63,299 bases of DNA, filler included, from Octopus bimaculoides (GCF_001194135.2; 5 parts of 5 records of this genome joined end to end with filler, not necessarily neighbours in it), one strand, 5' to 3'; positions 38,965 through 52,466 are shown, counted from the whole stretch's first letter. The notes: generated by a model not told the origin, from the sequence alone. Program-made: numbers and translations.

Positions 38965-39163
38965 TGGCCTTCATGCGGGTGACACGTAAAAGCACCCACT
39001 ACACTCTCAGAGTGGTTGGCATTAGGAAGGGCATCCAGCTGTGGAAATTCTGCCAAATCAGGTTGGAGCCTGGTGTAGCTATCTGGTTTCACCAGTCCTC
39101 AGTCAAATCGTCCGACCCATGCCAGCATGGAAAGCGGACGTTAAACGATGATGATGATGATGA
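38965..39163 (+). mobile_element. RTE-like LINE/SINE 3' tail ending in (GAT)n
   Basis: ggcattaggaagggcatccagctgt...ccatgccagcatggaaagcggacgttaaacgatgatgatg. Related pieces at ~28880-28985, ~29425-29645, ~30230-30360 and ~40660-41050. Confidence 0.65.
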
Positions 39164-40124
39164 TTGAGATGTGAAATAAAACAGCCAAATAGTGTTTCCC
39201 CTTTTTTTTTTCATCCAGAACCACTATCGAATTGACCGTTTCATGATTTATTGATTCTGTGTTCCTTCTATGGTGTTGACTTAGGGAAATGGATGAAGGC
39301 CCCTCTATCACATCTTGCCTCCTGGCAAAAGAATTTCTGCTTCTAACAGCAGTAGTAACGCCGCTGTCACTACTACTACTGCCACTACTACCACCACTAC
39401 TACTACTACTTGGTACATTGTCATCATTTTTCTCTGTAATTGGTTTAATGACTTCATTAGCAAGAACAACACCAATAATTGCCAACTACATATAGCCAAG
39501 ACATTGATACAGGAAGGAGTAGTGAGAGGAGATATGTGCATGTATATATATATATATATATATAATGTGTGTTGCATTAATGTTATTGAATATGTCTGTA
39601 AAAAGACGAGCATATATATATANNNNNNNNNNNNNNNNNNNNNNNNNNNNNNNNNNNNNNNNNNNNNNNNNNNNNNNNNNNNNNNNNNNNNNNNNNNNNN
39701 NNNNNNNNNNNNNNNNNNNNNNNNNNNNNNNNNNNNNNNNNNNNNNNNNNNNNNNNNNNNNNNNNNNNNNNNNNNNNNNNNNNNNNNNNNNNNNNNNNNN
39801 NNNNNNNNNNNNNNNNNNNNNNNNNNNNNNNNNNNNNNNNNNNNNNNNNNNNNNNNNNNNNNNNNNNNNNNNNNNNNNNNNNNNNNNNNNNNNNNNNNNN
39901 NNNNNNNNNNNNNNNNNNNNNNNNNNNNNNNNNNNNNNNNNNNNNNNNNNNNNNNNNNNNNNNNNNNNNNNNNNNNNNNNNNNNNNNNNNNNNNNNNNNN
40001 NNNNNNNNNNNNNNNNNNNNNNNNNNNNNNNNNNNNNNNNNNNNNNNNNNNNNNNNNNNNNNNNNNNNNNNNNNNNNNNNNNNNNNNNNNNNNNNNNNNN
40101 NNNNNNNNNNNNNNNNNNNNNNNN

Positions 40125-40157
<33 letters not shown>

Positions 40158-41134
40158 GTATATATATGTGTGTGTATGTATGTATATATATATGTGGAGA
40201 GTGAGAGAGGGAGGTGGGGGTGATGTATATGCAGGAGAGAATTAGACAGACAGACATCCAGGAGACAAGCAACCACCACTTTCTTGGTGGGGTGTCCAGA
40301 GAGCTAGTTATTTCTAATTATGAAATGGAGCCGAGAGTGTACCAACTACAACCACTACAGAGATGATGATGATGATGANNNNNNNNNNATGATGATGATG
40401 ATGATCTATCTATTTGTATGCGTGTGTGTGTGTGTAGGTGTGTAGTTGTCTGTTTGGCTAGATAGATGAGCAAATAGTGGCTGATATAATAGAATGAAAA
40501 CACATTACAGCAAAACAATGACTGCTTCTTCGCTACTCGCATCCCCACCTACCCTGGTTTTCCTTCATGTACATTGTCGTCATCGTCGTCGTCGTTGTCG
40601 TCATCGTCAGCAACATCGTCAGTATCACCATTTACATCGTCGTCGTCATTGTAACTGCTACTTTTTGGATCCTTGCACCAGGTCAGGCATGATTTCATTG
40701 AAGTAGAATGTTTCTGTGTCTGGTTGGATGCCTTTCCTGAAGCCAACATTGCACCTGTTTGCGAGCAAGGTAATGGAGTTATTCCCCCTGCCTGTTGAGT
40801 AATTGAACAGCTCGAACATTCTTTCATGGCGGACTACAAAAAAAGGGCACTGTTTTTGTATGAACAGTGAAGCTGTGTTTACAGTTGCTATACACATCAA
40901 GATGAGTGGAATATGGACCAAGCCACACACTTACATGCACATTTAAGGGCTTCTTCCAGTTTCCCTCCATGGAATTTTGCTCGCATGATGTTTGTAAGCT
41001 CACTGTAGTTGAGGACACCAGCCAACTGTGTCCGTTAGCGGGACTGAACTCTTAATCATGCTGTTCTAAAATGAAATTCTTCCCCTGTATCATTCAGATT
41101 AAATGATATTTTACTAGCATTCCGTTGGTGATGA

Positions 41135-41440
41135 CGACAGGTGTTCCAGTTGATCCGATTGATGGAACAGCCTGCTTGGGAAATTAACATGCAAGTGGCT
41201 GAGCACTCCACAGACACGTGTACCCTTAACGTAGTTCTCGGGGAGATTCAGTGTGACACAGAGTGTGACAACACTGGCCCATCGAACAGCAGGTACAACT
41301 CATCTTTGGCAGCTGAGTGGACTGGAGCAACATGAAATAAAGTGTCATGCTCAAGGACACAACGCATCGCCGGGAATTGAACTCATAACCTTACAATCGT
41401 GAACCAAATATCTCAACCACTAAGCCACATGCCTTCACAC
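41135..41440 (-). mobile_element. tRNA-derived CORE-type SINE
   Basis: Minus-strand head gtggcttagtggttgagatattt...gagttcaattcc...tgtgtccttgagcatgacactttat. Confidence 0.8.
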
Positions 41441-42460
41441 TCTGTCATATGTAAAAGGGTAAAGAACTCCATCGGTCAAAAATGACCATGTGATTGCACC
41501 TAGAAAGTTCCCATCTGAGGTACGAGTCTGGGCAAATTTGATTTAAGGAAGTCCAGAAGTCCCCCGTGCATATCAACCTCCCTTCTTCGTGCCAATAACA
41601 TTATCCAAGGGAAAGGCAAAAGCTGATATAGCTTGGCACTGCAACTCATTTCTACAGCTGATTTTCATGATGTGATTGCTTATTTCTAGAATGACATTGT
41701 AGGGTAGGTGTGAGAGACCAGATCTGGCCAGTTATAACACAAAACATGTAGAATATTTAGGCTGGATATGGTAAGTTTAAATGCTAAGAGGTTGAACAGT
41801 TTTATAGACCAATTGAATTTGTTGCATCTTAGCTTTGTGAACTGAATCAAAATGTTTAAAGAAATCCACAAATATCAGAATAGCAAGAAGATTCCGTGTT
41901 TCGGCACCATCCATTATTCAAATCTCAGTTAATATTCCACTAGTTGTTGAACAATTCTTTCAGAATCTATTCTGGTTTGAAGAATTTTCTCCGAAGTTTA
42001 GCAGGATACAATTGTGTACCATTATGTTTATAAATCTTAGCTTACTATTGCAGCTAAGACTTATCTGTGTTGAAACGAGAATGTAAACTGTTAGGATTTC
42101 GTCAACCTTTCGATACTGACCTTCTTGGGACTGGCCTTGGTTTTTATGGTACAAACTTCCTGTTATAAAGTGATCTAAGTTAAAAGAACATTCCGTCAAG
42201 ATTTCATGTTTATGTTACAAATACCAGCTTGATAATAACAAAATTATTTTGAGTTCTTTGTTATTTTTCAAAATTAATTCAAACAAAAGGCAACGTATTT
42301 CAAAAGAAATATGCTAACAAGGAGGGTAAAATATCAATTGCGCAAATGCACCAAACACACGCAGTCGCGTATATATGATCACACACACGTGTGTGTGTGT
42401 GTGTGTGTGTGATAAATGGAGAAGCAGTGATGAGTGACAGTTCTGTAAATAATTATTATA

Positions 42461-42593
42461 AGCGCAGAAGTGGCTGCGTGGTAAGTAACTTGCTTACCAA
42501 CCACATGGTTCCGGGTTCAGTCCCACTGCGTGGCACCTTGGGCAAGTGTCTTCTACTATAGCCTCGGGCCGACCAAAGCCTTGCGAGTGGATT
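42461..42593 (+). mobile_element. Composite SINE head plus CORE-like block, 3'-truncated
   Basis: gcgcagaagtggctgcgtggtaagt...ggttcagtccc...ccttgggcaagtgtcttctactatagcctcgggccgacc. Confidence 0.85.
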
Positions 42594-43150
42594 GCAGCAT
42601 AGCAACTTCTGAAGAGGCAGTGGAAGAGGTCGTCCTCTTGCCATTCTCCTCCATATTATTCCAGACATTTTCCTGAAATTGTCTTTGCACACATACATCC
42701 GCACACATATATACTCACATACACGAACACATATACACACATATCAACGTACATGGATAGGTATTTACAAGTACAGTCTCATATCTGGGTTTACAGCCTA
42801 CAGAAAAGTGTACTCAATACATCTAGTAGAGTATATTTCAATAATTGAATACATACCAACATACACGGTACAAGCATGTGTGTCAGTTGGTATGTGTGTA
42901 TGTGTATGTATATATATATATATTTTTTTTTTTTCACACACGCACATGTATATATGGAAATGTCTCACTTGGTGAACTTTTGAATTAGTATAAGGTTGTC
43001 TATCATTTATTTTTTATTAATTTAAAAATTATACATTAAATATTTTGTTTAGGTTAATATTAAAGACCAATCGGTACACATTGGTGTATGATATGGTCTT
43101 TAATCTCAAGAAATCATAACTGCTGTTATTGCAACAGCTTTTGGGATGTG

Positions 43151-43192
<42 letters not shown>

Positions 43193-43517
43193 TCATAACT
43201 GCTGTGACTGCAAATTCATAGTTTGTTTTAGCATCACAGCAAGATATGTGTGTGTGTGTATGTGTGTGTCTATATGATTGTATGCGTACATAGATGTAGA
43301 TTGTTATATTTGTGTTGATAACTATATATATCCTCCTCTCCCTTTCTCTCTCTCTCTCTCTCTCTACACACACATACACATTTATATATATATGTGTGTG
43401 TGTCTGTGTGTCTGTGTGCGTACATGGACACACACGCATGTATATTTATACATATGCACATATCTAAACACATACATGTGTATGTGTATTAATATATGTG
43501 TGTGAGTGTGTGTATAT

Positions 43518-43561
<44 letters not shown>

Positions 43562-44004
43562 TTCAGAAAGAGAGACAGATGAGTGTTTGTGTGTGTTCTA
43601 TCTATCACACACACACACACACATACAGAAATATATATTTTTTTACACATCCCAGTGCAATATTTCAAATGCACTGGATGTCAACCTCCGTCGACAGTAC
43701 AAATTAATCAGTGGAATAAACATAATACTACTACTACTACTACTACTACTACTGGTAATAATAATAATAATAATAATAATTAGGTTAAAGACCATTACTA
43801 AAATGGTGGCATCGCCAGTGGTTGTGTGTGTTGTCGCTCTTATTGTTTGTACTTGTGTTGGCCGTTGGTCATTATACCGTTCACCTCACCCTGGCTGTCT
43901 TTAGTGCATCACCAGTCTCCAGCTCATCATATTTTGGCTTCGAGTTGGCTTTTGCTTGAGTCATAATTAAGGTTGCATTTCCAGAGTCAAATATGATTGA
44001 GGTG

Positions 44005-45730
44005 TAACTATTCAGCGTTTCGATTGCTCTGTCCAATGTAATCCTTAATTTATTCATTCACAGTGTTTTGAATTAATCATGCATTATCTTGTAGCTTTGA
44101 GATGATTTCAATTCTGTAATTGTTTGCTTTGTGAATGGCATTTTACGGTAAAAGCTGCATCTGGGCTGTTTGAACACAAAACATGTAGAATATCTAGGCC
44201 TGAAATAACTTGCTTAACCCTCTAGCATTCAGATCACTCTAAGAAATGTAATGTCTATTTATTCAATTAATCATGCATTATCTTGTAGCTTTGAGATTTC
44301 AATGATGTGATTGTTTTTAGAATGACATTTTAGGGTAAGTGTGAGAGGCAGGATCTAGGCTGTTGGGAAACAAAACAGGTAGACTATCTAGGCCTGAAAT
44401 AACTTGCTTAACCCTCTAGCATTCAGANNNNNNNNNNNNNNNNNNNNNNNNNNNNNNNNNNNNNNNNNNNNNNNNNNNNNNNNNNNNNNNNNNNNNNNNN
44501 NNNNNNNNNNNNNNNNNNNNNNNNNNNNNNNNNNNNNNNNNNNNNNNNNNNNNNNNNNNNNNNNNNNNNNNNNNNNNNNNNNNNNNNNNNNNNNNNNNNN
44601 NNNNNNNNNNNNNNNNNNNNNNNNNNNNNNNNNNNNNNNNNNNNNNNNNNNNNNNNNNNNNNNNNNNNNNNNNNNNNNNNNNNNNNNNNNNNNNNNNNNN
44701 NNNNNNNNNNNNNNNNNNNNNNNNNNNNNNNNNNNNNNNNNNNNNNNNNNNNNNNNNNNNNNNNNNNNNNNNNNNNNNNNNNNNNNNNNNNNNNNNNNNN
44801 NNNNNNNNNNNNNNNNNNNNNNNNNNNNNNNNNNNNNNNNNNNNNNNNNNNNNNNNNNNNNNNNNNNNNNNNNNNNNNNNNNNNNNNNNNNNNNNNNNNN
44901 NNNNNNNNNNNNNNNNNNNNNNNNNNNNNNNNNNNNNNNNNNNNNNNNNNNNNNNNNNNNNNNNNNNNNNNNNNNNNNNNNNNNNNNNNNNNNNNNNNNN
45001 NNNNNNNNNNNNNNNNNNNNNNNNNNNNNNNNNNNNNNNNNNNNNNNNNNNNNNNNNNNNNNNNNNNNNNNNNNNNNNNNNNNNNNNNNNNNNNNNNNNN
45101 NNNNNTCTGGGCTGTTTGAACACAAAACATGTAGAATATCTAGGCCTGAAATAACTTCCTTAACCCTCTAGCATTCAGATCACTCTAAGAAATGTAATGT
45201 CTATTTATTCAATTAATCATGCATTATCTTGTAGCTTTGAGATTTCAATGATGTGATTGTTTTTAGAATGACATTTTAGGGTAAGTGTGAGAGGCAGGAT
45301 CTAGGCTGTTGGGAAACAAAACAGGTAGACTATCTAGGCCTGAAATAACTTGCTTAACCCTCTAGCATTCAGACCACTCTATGAAATGTAATGTTTATTT
45401 ATTCAATTAATCATGCATTATCTCGTAGCTTTGAGATTTCAATGACGTGATTGTTTATTTTGAGAATGTCATTGTAGGGTAAGTGTGAGAGGCCAGATCT
45501 GGTTAGTTTGAATTATAAAACAGAACATTTGGACCAGATCTGGCTAGTTTAACTCCTATACATTCAGGATTACTCTCTCAAATTTAATGCCTATTTATTC
45601 CCATTGTTTGGAATTAATCATGCGTTACTTCAGAGCTTCAAGAGTTCAGTGGTGTAATTAGTTGCTTTTGAGGATGTAATTGCAGGGTAGGTGTGAGAGG
45701 CCAAATCTGGCTTCTTTGAATGATAAAACA
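44005..45730. repeat. Head-to-tail tandem array of MITE family A units (~194 bp), spanning a gap
   Basis: TTAACCCTCTAGCATTCAG starts at 44214, 44408, 45160 and 45354, with diverged starts at ~44005 and 45549. Confidence 0.85.
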
Positions 45731-45845
45731 GGTAGTTTTATGATTCAAACAAGCCAGTGTGTGTGTGTATATACATATATGGCTCAGTTGATTGAACAAC
45801 TAAATGCACATTATCAACACCAACCAGACATCCATTTATGCTCAC

Positions 45846-45920
<75 letters not shown>

Positions 45921-46650
45921 CGTCTCCTTCTAGCAAGCAGTTGGACTCGTATTCGTACGTGTTCGCTCCTGATATATATTTTTATATATCAATTTATAAA
46001 TTGATTAATTTTACTGTAACTGGTTGATTTGCATGCTGGCTACCTGATAAACTATAATTTAGATTTTATCTTTAATTTTTTTTATAAAAATAATTATATA
46101 TGTATACACACACACACACACACACACAAACACATACACATATACATACACATACATGCTTGCACACAAATGTATATACACATGTATGTATACATGAATA
46201 CACACATGTATGTGCATATATATATATATAAATGCATACACACACACATATATATGTATATATATATACACACATACATGCATACATGTTTGCACAAGTA
46301 TGTATATATGATTACGCACACATCAATGCATGAATATATATCTATATATTTGGAAGTGTGTGTGTGTATAGAAACCAACAAGCACGCTAGCCAGTGCAGG
46401 TGTTATGAGTAGGCGGTGAGGTTTGTTGTTGCAATTGTCAGGTGATGCTTGTGAGAGCAGGTAGAGTTGAATGATCGATATGTGAGGTGCCCTGGAGAGC
46501 CACATTAGTGATGCTGCTGGTGGTGGTGGTGGTGGGGAAAACAAGATGATNNNNNNNNNNNNNNNNNNNNNNNNNNNNNNNNNNNNNNNNNNNNTTAATT
46601 AATTAANNNNNNNNNNNNNNNNNNNNNNNNNNNNNNNNNNNNNNNNNNNN

Positions 46651-46698
<48 letters not shown>

Positions 46699-46711
46699 CA
46701 TGTATATGCAT

Positions 46712-47720
46712 GCCATTATTCAGTTTTATTCAATATTTCTTGTCAATACAGAAAGAGCCATTTTATAAACTGTATATATGTATATGTACAGTATTTGATT
46801 CAGTAGATGTGCAGATTTTTATGTTTTACGTGTGTATTCCCAAGCATATAGTTGCGTGTCTAGGTATATGTATATTTACTTAAATGAGTAACTTCTGGAA
46901 TTTTTTAAACATTTCCAGTGATTACTTGAATGCATAGTCTTCGAATCCGCTTTCTCTTATGTGTTGTTGAGAAGTCTAATTTCTCAAGATTGGTACTTAA
47001 GCAGCGAGTTACATATAACAGTGCCCAAATAATTACAGGTGCAAACCTGGACTTGTAAACTGAATAGAGTAACTGTAGATCTCTAAATAGTTCAGCGTAG
47101 GTATTTTCTCGTTTGATGATCTTTAGTTTAATGATAATACCCGTTGGGCAGCCGATTTCAGCTATTGTAAGTTTCTCTTCTCTGTCCGAAATCACTATGT
47201 AAGGTCAATTATGTTTACATTTATTTCATGTTTTTCCTAGGAGATTCCACTAGTATTCCTCATTATCAGAGGCTATGTTCGCTACCTTATTGTGGGCTCT
47301 TTTTTCGTTGGCTCCAGGTATATCCTTCTGACAGATCACATTATACAGTGTCTTGGCAGCAATATCATATCTCATCGGTGGATAATATCTACTACAAGCC
47401 ATGATGTTGTAGCCATGCTAATGACATGGGTGATATGTTCGGTGTTAACTCCACAAAGCATCCATCGGTTATGACATTTCGGTGCTACCCTTTTGTCCAT
47501 GAGGTATTTGGTTGATATCCCCTGTTCCTGAATTCTAAAACCATACCCATCAGAGGGAGAATTAGTAGACCGATTGTTGGTCCATGATATACTGCTTTGA
47601 TTATCATGTTACTATCATCACGAAGCTTTCCGCTAGTGTGTCCGTGCAAAGTCTTTCTATAAACATTCATACTTGTATCTGATGATACGTTGCGTTAGAG
47701 TCGTGCGATGTATTTAAGGT
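46712..47720 (-). mobile_element. R4/Dong-like non-LTR remnant, copy 2
   Basis: DREEKLTIAEIGCP..IIKRENTYAELFRDLQLLY..PVIIWALLYVTRCLSTNLEKL. The 3' UTR at 46712-46770 matches 4946-5000. Confidence 0.8.
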
Positions 47721-47909
47721 TAACACGCTATGAATTTCGCTCGAAGCGCTGCATTTCAAGTCCCTTGATGTTATCACTCTCCTGTTTGCAAACTTTGTCA
47801 AATGATGCATTTCGACACTTGCTGGTTAAAAGGAATTGCAGAAAGAATATGATATGACATTCAACGACAATCCGGATCGATGTTAACCCTCTTTGTCTTC
47901 GGCTTAGGT

Positions 47910-48460
47910 AGAGGTGGTAGATTTCTCATTAGTTCAGCATAAGTGTTCTCTTTTTCACTAATCTTCAGCTTTATGTTAACATCCATTGGACAAGTAATTT
48001 CCACAACTGTGCACAGTTTCTCTTCTCTATCGCAAATCATTATATCAGGTCTGTTGTGCTTACATTTCATTGAGGTCTTCACTGGTACGTACCACCAGTA
48101 TTCCTTTTCATTATGAGTGGCTATGGCTTCTACAATATTGTGGGTTTTTATTTCTTTGTCCTCGGAATTATCCTTCCGACGGATTTCATTACAGAGTGTC
48201 TTAACTACAACGTCATGTCTCACCGGTAAATAATACCGTGATGACATTTTCGGACAACTGATAATGATGTGGGTGATATCTTCAGTGCGAACTCCACAAA
48301 GTTTGCATCGGTTGTCACATTTTATGGCCTTTGCCGCATCTCTATCCCTTTTGTGCATCAGGTACTTGATCGATATTTCCTGTTCCTGGATTGCAAACGT
48401 ATGTCCTTCAAAGTGGGAGGTAGTAATCCAGCTATTGGTCCATGATAGACCGCTTTGATA
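47910..48460 (-). pseudogene. R4/Dong-like CCHC knuckle plus restriction-like endonuclease, copy 3
   Basis: ORF 47861-48358: CRLCGVRTEDITHIIISC (CCHC), RHD, HNRPDIMI, VEITCP, KISEKENTYAEL. Confidence 0.85.
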
Positions 48461-48515
48461 ATGTATGTATGTATGTATGTATGTATGTATGTATGTATGT
48501 ATGAATGAATGAATG

Positions 48516-48562
<47 letters not shown>

Positions 48563-48687
48563 NNNNNNNNNNNNNNNNNNNNNNNNNNNNNNNNNNNNNN
48601 NNNNNNNNNNNNNNNNNNNNNNNNNNNNNNNNNNNNNNNNNNNNNNNNNNNNNNNNNNNNNNNNNNNNNNNNNNNNNNNNNNNNNNN

Positions 48688-48963
48688 GTAAAATTTATGT
48701 GGGATATAGAATATGGAATATATAATATATAATATAAAAAAAGACGGATGGTACAGTGAAATGAAGTATTGAATGTATTATTGAATATATGGAATATATC
48801 TTATTGAATATATGAAATATTAAGGGTTCAATATAAAGGATTAAATATATAAATATATAAAGGCGAATACATATTTTCTATACCTTGTGGTATTTCATAC
48901 CACAAGGTATAGAATATATTATATATTATATATTCCATATTCTATATCCCACATAAATTTTAC
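48688..48963. repeat. Foldback of a PLE pLTR 3' fragment with a central perfect hairpin
   Basis: 49-bp perfect inverted arms at 48688-48736 and 48915-48963; 18-bp hairpin at 48876-48893/48897-48914 with loop TTC. The minus strand of ~48690-48870 resembles 58330-58450. Confidence 0.75.
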
Positions 48964-49130
48964 AAGAATATAAATAAAAAACATAAAAAACAGACAGAGT
49001 TGGAACTCTTTTAAATAAAATAATATATTCCTCTATACACGATCAAACAAAACCTTCTTTGTATTTATTTTTACTCACATATATATATATATATTGCAAT
49101 AAAATAAATCAAACATAATCCGGATACCAG

Positions 49131-50389
49131 TACAAGGGCAAGTCTCACGAGATACTATCATATCATGTGAGCAGATGCGGTTTATTTTTCAATATGGTCC
49201 CTCTTGCGATCTACATATCTCTTCTATCGATGCTGCAGTGCTTGTATCCCATTGCTGAAGTTTTCATCCTGTTGGCTAAAAAATTTATCAATAGCATATA
49301 TGACATACATATCATTGCGATACTGCTCCCCACCAGTTGTTTTTTTTTCATACCATGTGAGGCCCAATTAGAACAAATAAGACGTTCAACTAGTTCAAAG
49401 ATACAGTCAGGCAAACATGAATTGAAAGCAAAACTTGCGAAATGGAGCATTTTCCCGATGAAAAAAAGGCACCTTCCGTCAGTTTCTTTGGGCGTTTGTT
49501 CTTGATAGCCTTTCATTACTACCTCAGCAATTTGGTATAGTACATTCCATTTATGACGTGTCCCTTTTGAAGATATTGTATGAACAGAATGCCATTTTCA
49601 TCTAAAAAAAATACTGAGGCTTTCACGTTCTCTGCTGATGAAAAGACATTGATCTTCTTTGAAACAGGTGAAAGGAGGTGTATCAACAGCATAGAATGTG
49701 TCTTTCTCTTTCGGTCAGAGCGATGAGCGCATCATTCATCGTAGGTTAGGAAACGTTAGAGAAAACCAGCTGGATTTGCCTGAAACAATGTCAGATTTTA
49801 TCATGATGTTATCAGGCTGGTGCACTTTTGATCATAGTATCAGAAAACAAGGTATCAGAAAACAAGGAACCCACCGAGGAGAAACGTCCGTCATACCGAG
49901 TTCATTGGACAGAATATTCCCAACGCAATTTTGGGATATGTTAATAGCATTTAAAACTTTGAAATATAGTCAATCGCCTGTCATTCGTCGCCAATGGTGA
50001 ATACAATCAATGTACATGTCAGCGGTTGCAGTTGTAGGACGTTGTCGTTAATAGTTTCCTTTCCTCTCTTAATTTCAGCTGCCTACTTTTGCACTGTTTA
50101 TGAAGCTTGAGCGTCGTCCTCTAATGTACCAACCATGCCAGCATGAATGGCATTAGAGGCTTAGCACCTTTTCTTTAGGTACCATTACTAATGTCAAATA
50201 TTGTCGATTTGCAAGAAACGTCGGAATCAGTTGCATTTGAATTTTTTTTCAAAAGTCATGTATCAGATTATCTAGTCAGAAACAATGCAGTAATTGATAA
50301 GAAGTGTTGCAATTATGACGTGCAAGAATTCACAGTTCTAGCATCACTCCTTCATAGTAAGACTATGAACTTTTCAGCTTACCCTCGTA
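49131..50389 (-). mobile_element. Near-full-length mariner transposon, transposase pseudogenised
   Basis: TIR TACGAGGGTAAGCTGAAAAGTT at 50389 and a decayed TIR TACAAGGGCAAG at 49131. Translated motifs: NILSNELGMTDVSPRWVP, DENGILFIQYLQKGHVINGMYY, GIQALQHR*KRYVDRKRDHIEK*. Length ~1.26 kb. Confidence 0.9.
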
Positions 50390-51481
50390 AATCAGAAAAA
50401 GCAAATCCTAGCAGAAAGTTAGCGTGATAAAAATTCAATAATATTTCTTTAAAATCTTTCCATGGAGAATTGTTGTATAAATTTGATATATTAGGTCTAT
50501 TCTAGTAAAAGAAATCGATTAAAGAATGTGCTACGTTTTGGATTAATTTTATTAATTCATTGGTAAGAAGAAGAAAAAAAGCTAGTAACATGAAAATAAA
50601 AGGGAGAGAGAGAGAAATATGTTACAAAGGAGAATCGAATCAAAGAGAACTTGCAGTGAAGAAGAAACGACATTAATATTTTTAATCAAGCCATAAAGAA
50701 TACGCGTTAATGAGCGAACTAGAATCTGCGTTCGTGCGTTAGTGTGTGTACTTATAAGTGATATTGAGCTTATATGCGACGTACATATAATTCCAAATAT
50801 GTGGTCGAGGGTGTAGTGTGTGAGTATGTGAGGGTGTGTATGTTACAGTAAGATGTGTGGGTATTTTGAGTGTAATTTCAAGTATTTTTATGTCCAATTA
50901 TTGTATGAGTGTAGTTAGTTACACAAAATAGTGTTTGGCATATAATCTATTTCTTTGACACAGTCCATGTAGGGAAATAATTTGTAATACGTGTCAGAAA
51001 AAGTTATGGAGTAAAATTCAAGAGTTGTAAAGAAATATGATCCGTCGACAACTAGTGAATACCTGACATCTGTATTAAAAAGCTTAGTTCCACTATACAT
51101 ATAATAACCTACACAAAGTCCAAAGTTGGTGTCAATTAAGATAAATGAGATATGAATAAATTACGTGTGCTGGCGTTGAAACACTATGTTATTGAATAGA
51201 TTGGCACCCAAAGGACGGTGATAATTTCACAAGTATAACGCAGTTTGATTTGATTGGTAGTGATTGAAAAGTACGAATCTGTAAATCATATCAATGACAA
51301 TACGCTTAAAGCATGAGAGATATCGATGAACAAAGTTTCGTCTTATTGGAACGGTATGTCGAATTATAGCATAGTACATTGGATTGATAGAAGACAACAA
51401 GCGTAGAATGAAAATATAGGCAAAGTCGAAGTTCGAATATGGTGGTTCCAAACACGGTGGAGATAAAGGTGACGTCATGAA

Positions 51482-51851
51482 TTCGTTCTCAGTCAACTTT
51501 TCGTTTAATAATCAGCTACATTTTCAGTTATAACGGCTGACATTATGCGAGACACCTCTTGAATGTGCGCCGTCTATGCTACCATACAAATATCAGGTCT
51601 CAAAGTTGTTATCGTGTCTCCTTAGAGATTACGTTATTGGATCACTCCCTTATGTATTGTTAGTCTTAGAGACGGCCATATATTTTGAAATTATTGCCGA
51701 CTATGTAAACGAATATTTACAAAAGCGTATTTACCCTAACTCGTTCTCAATCAACTTCTCATGTAATAATCAGTTACATTTTCAGTTATAACAGCTGATA
51801 TGCGAGATATCTCTTGAATTTGCGCCGTCTATACTCCCATGCTACCATACA
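51482..51851. repeat. Pair of ~110-bp imperfect direct repeats (51482-51588, 51741-51851)
   Basis: tcgttctcagtcaactt...ttttcagttataac...gcgccgtctat...gctaccatac occurs twice. Confidence 0.85.
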
Positions 51852-52214
51852 ACTATTGTTGTCAGAGCTATATTATTCTATCTTCAGCTACAGTAGATTT
51901 TTCTGTTATACATCCAAACCGAATATAGGCCATGCGTTCGAGATCTTGTGACCTAGGTTTACGATGGTCTCAATGTCCCTTGAGTTTTGTCATTTAGCAC
52001 GATTGAGATAATGACAAATATATAACCACAAAGGTGGAAATCACCTCTATCTCCTGACTACTCTACAACCCCAAATCAGACCTAATTCAAAATGGTACCT
52101 TCTTCGTCGACCAGAGCTTTTTCACAGATGAATGCGCACGCATAGTATTGCGCCTCTCCCTCCCAGTAGTGTGATACTTATCTATCGCTGTCGGGCAGCT
52201 TTCAACGAGTGCAG

Positions 52215-52426
52215 ATTGCTCTCCCCCCTCTCACTCACTCTCTTCTCTCACTCTCTCTCTTCTCTCACTATCTCCCTTCTCTCACTCTCTCTCTTCTCTC
52301 ACTCTCTCTCTTCTCTCACTCTCTCCCTTTTCTCACTCTCTCTCTTCTCTTACTCTCTCTCTTCTCTCACTCTCTCTCTTCTCTCACTCTCTCTCTTCTC
52401 TCACTCTCGCTCTTCTCTCACTCTCT

Positions 52427-52460
<34 letters not shown>
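52215..52460. repeat. Degenerate CT-rich polypyrimidine repeat (CTCTTCTCTCACTCT-like units)
   Basis: Direct reading. Confidence 0.9.

Positions 52461-52466
<6 letters not shown>

Noticed and set aside
43890-44045. Minus-strand open frame ITLDRAIETLNSY...DALKTAR with donor GTGAGG
   Set aside because: The first third is diverged MITE sequence and no acceptor was found for the rest.
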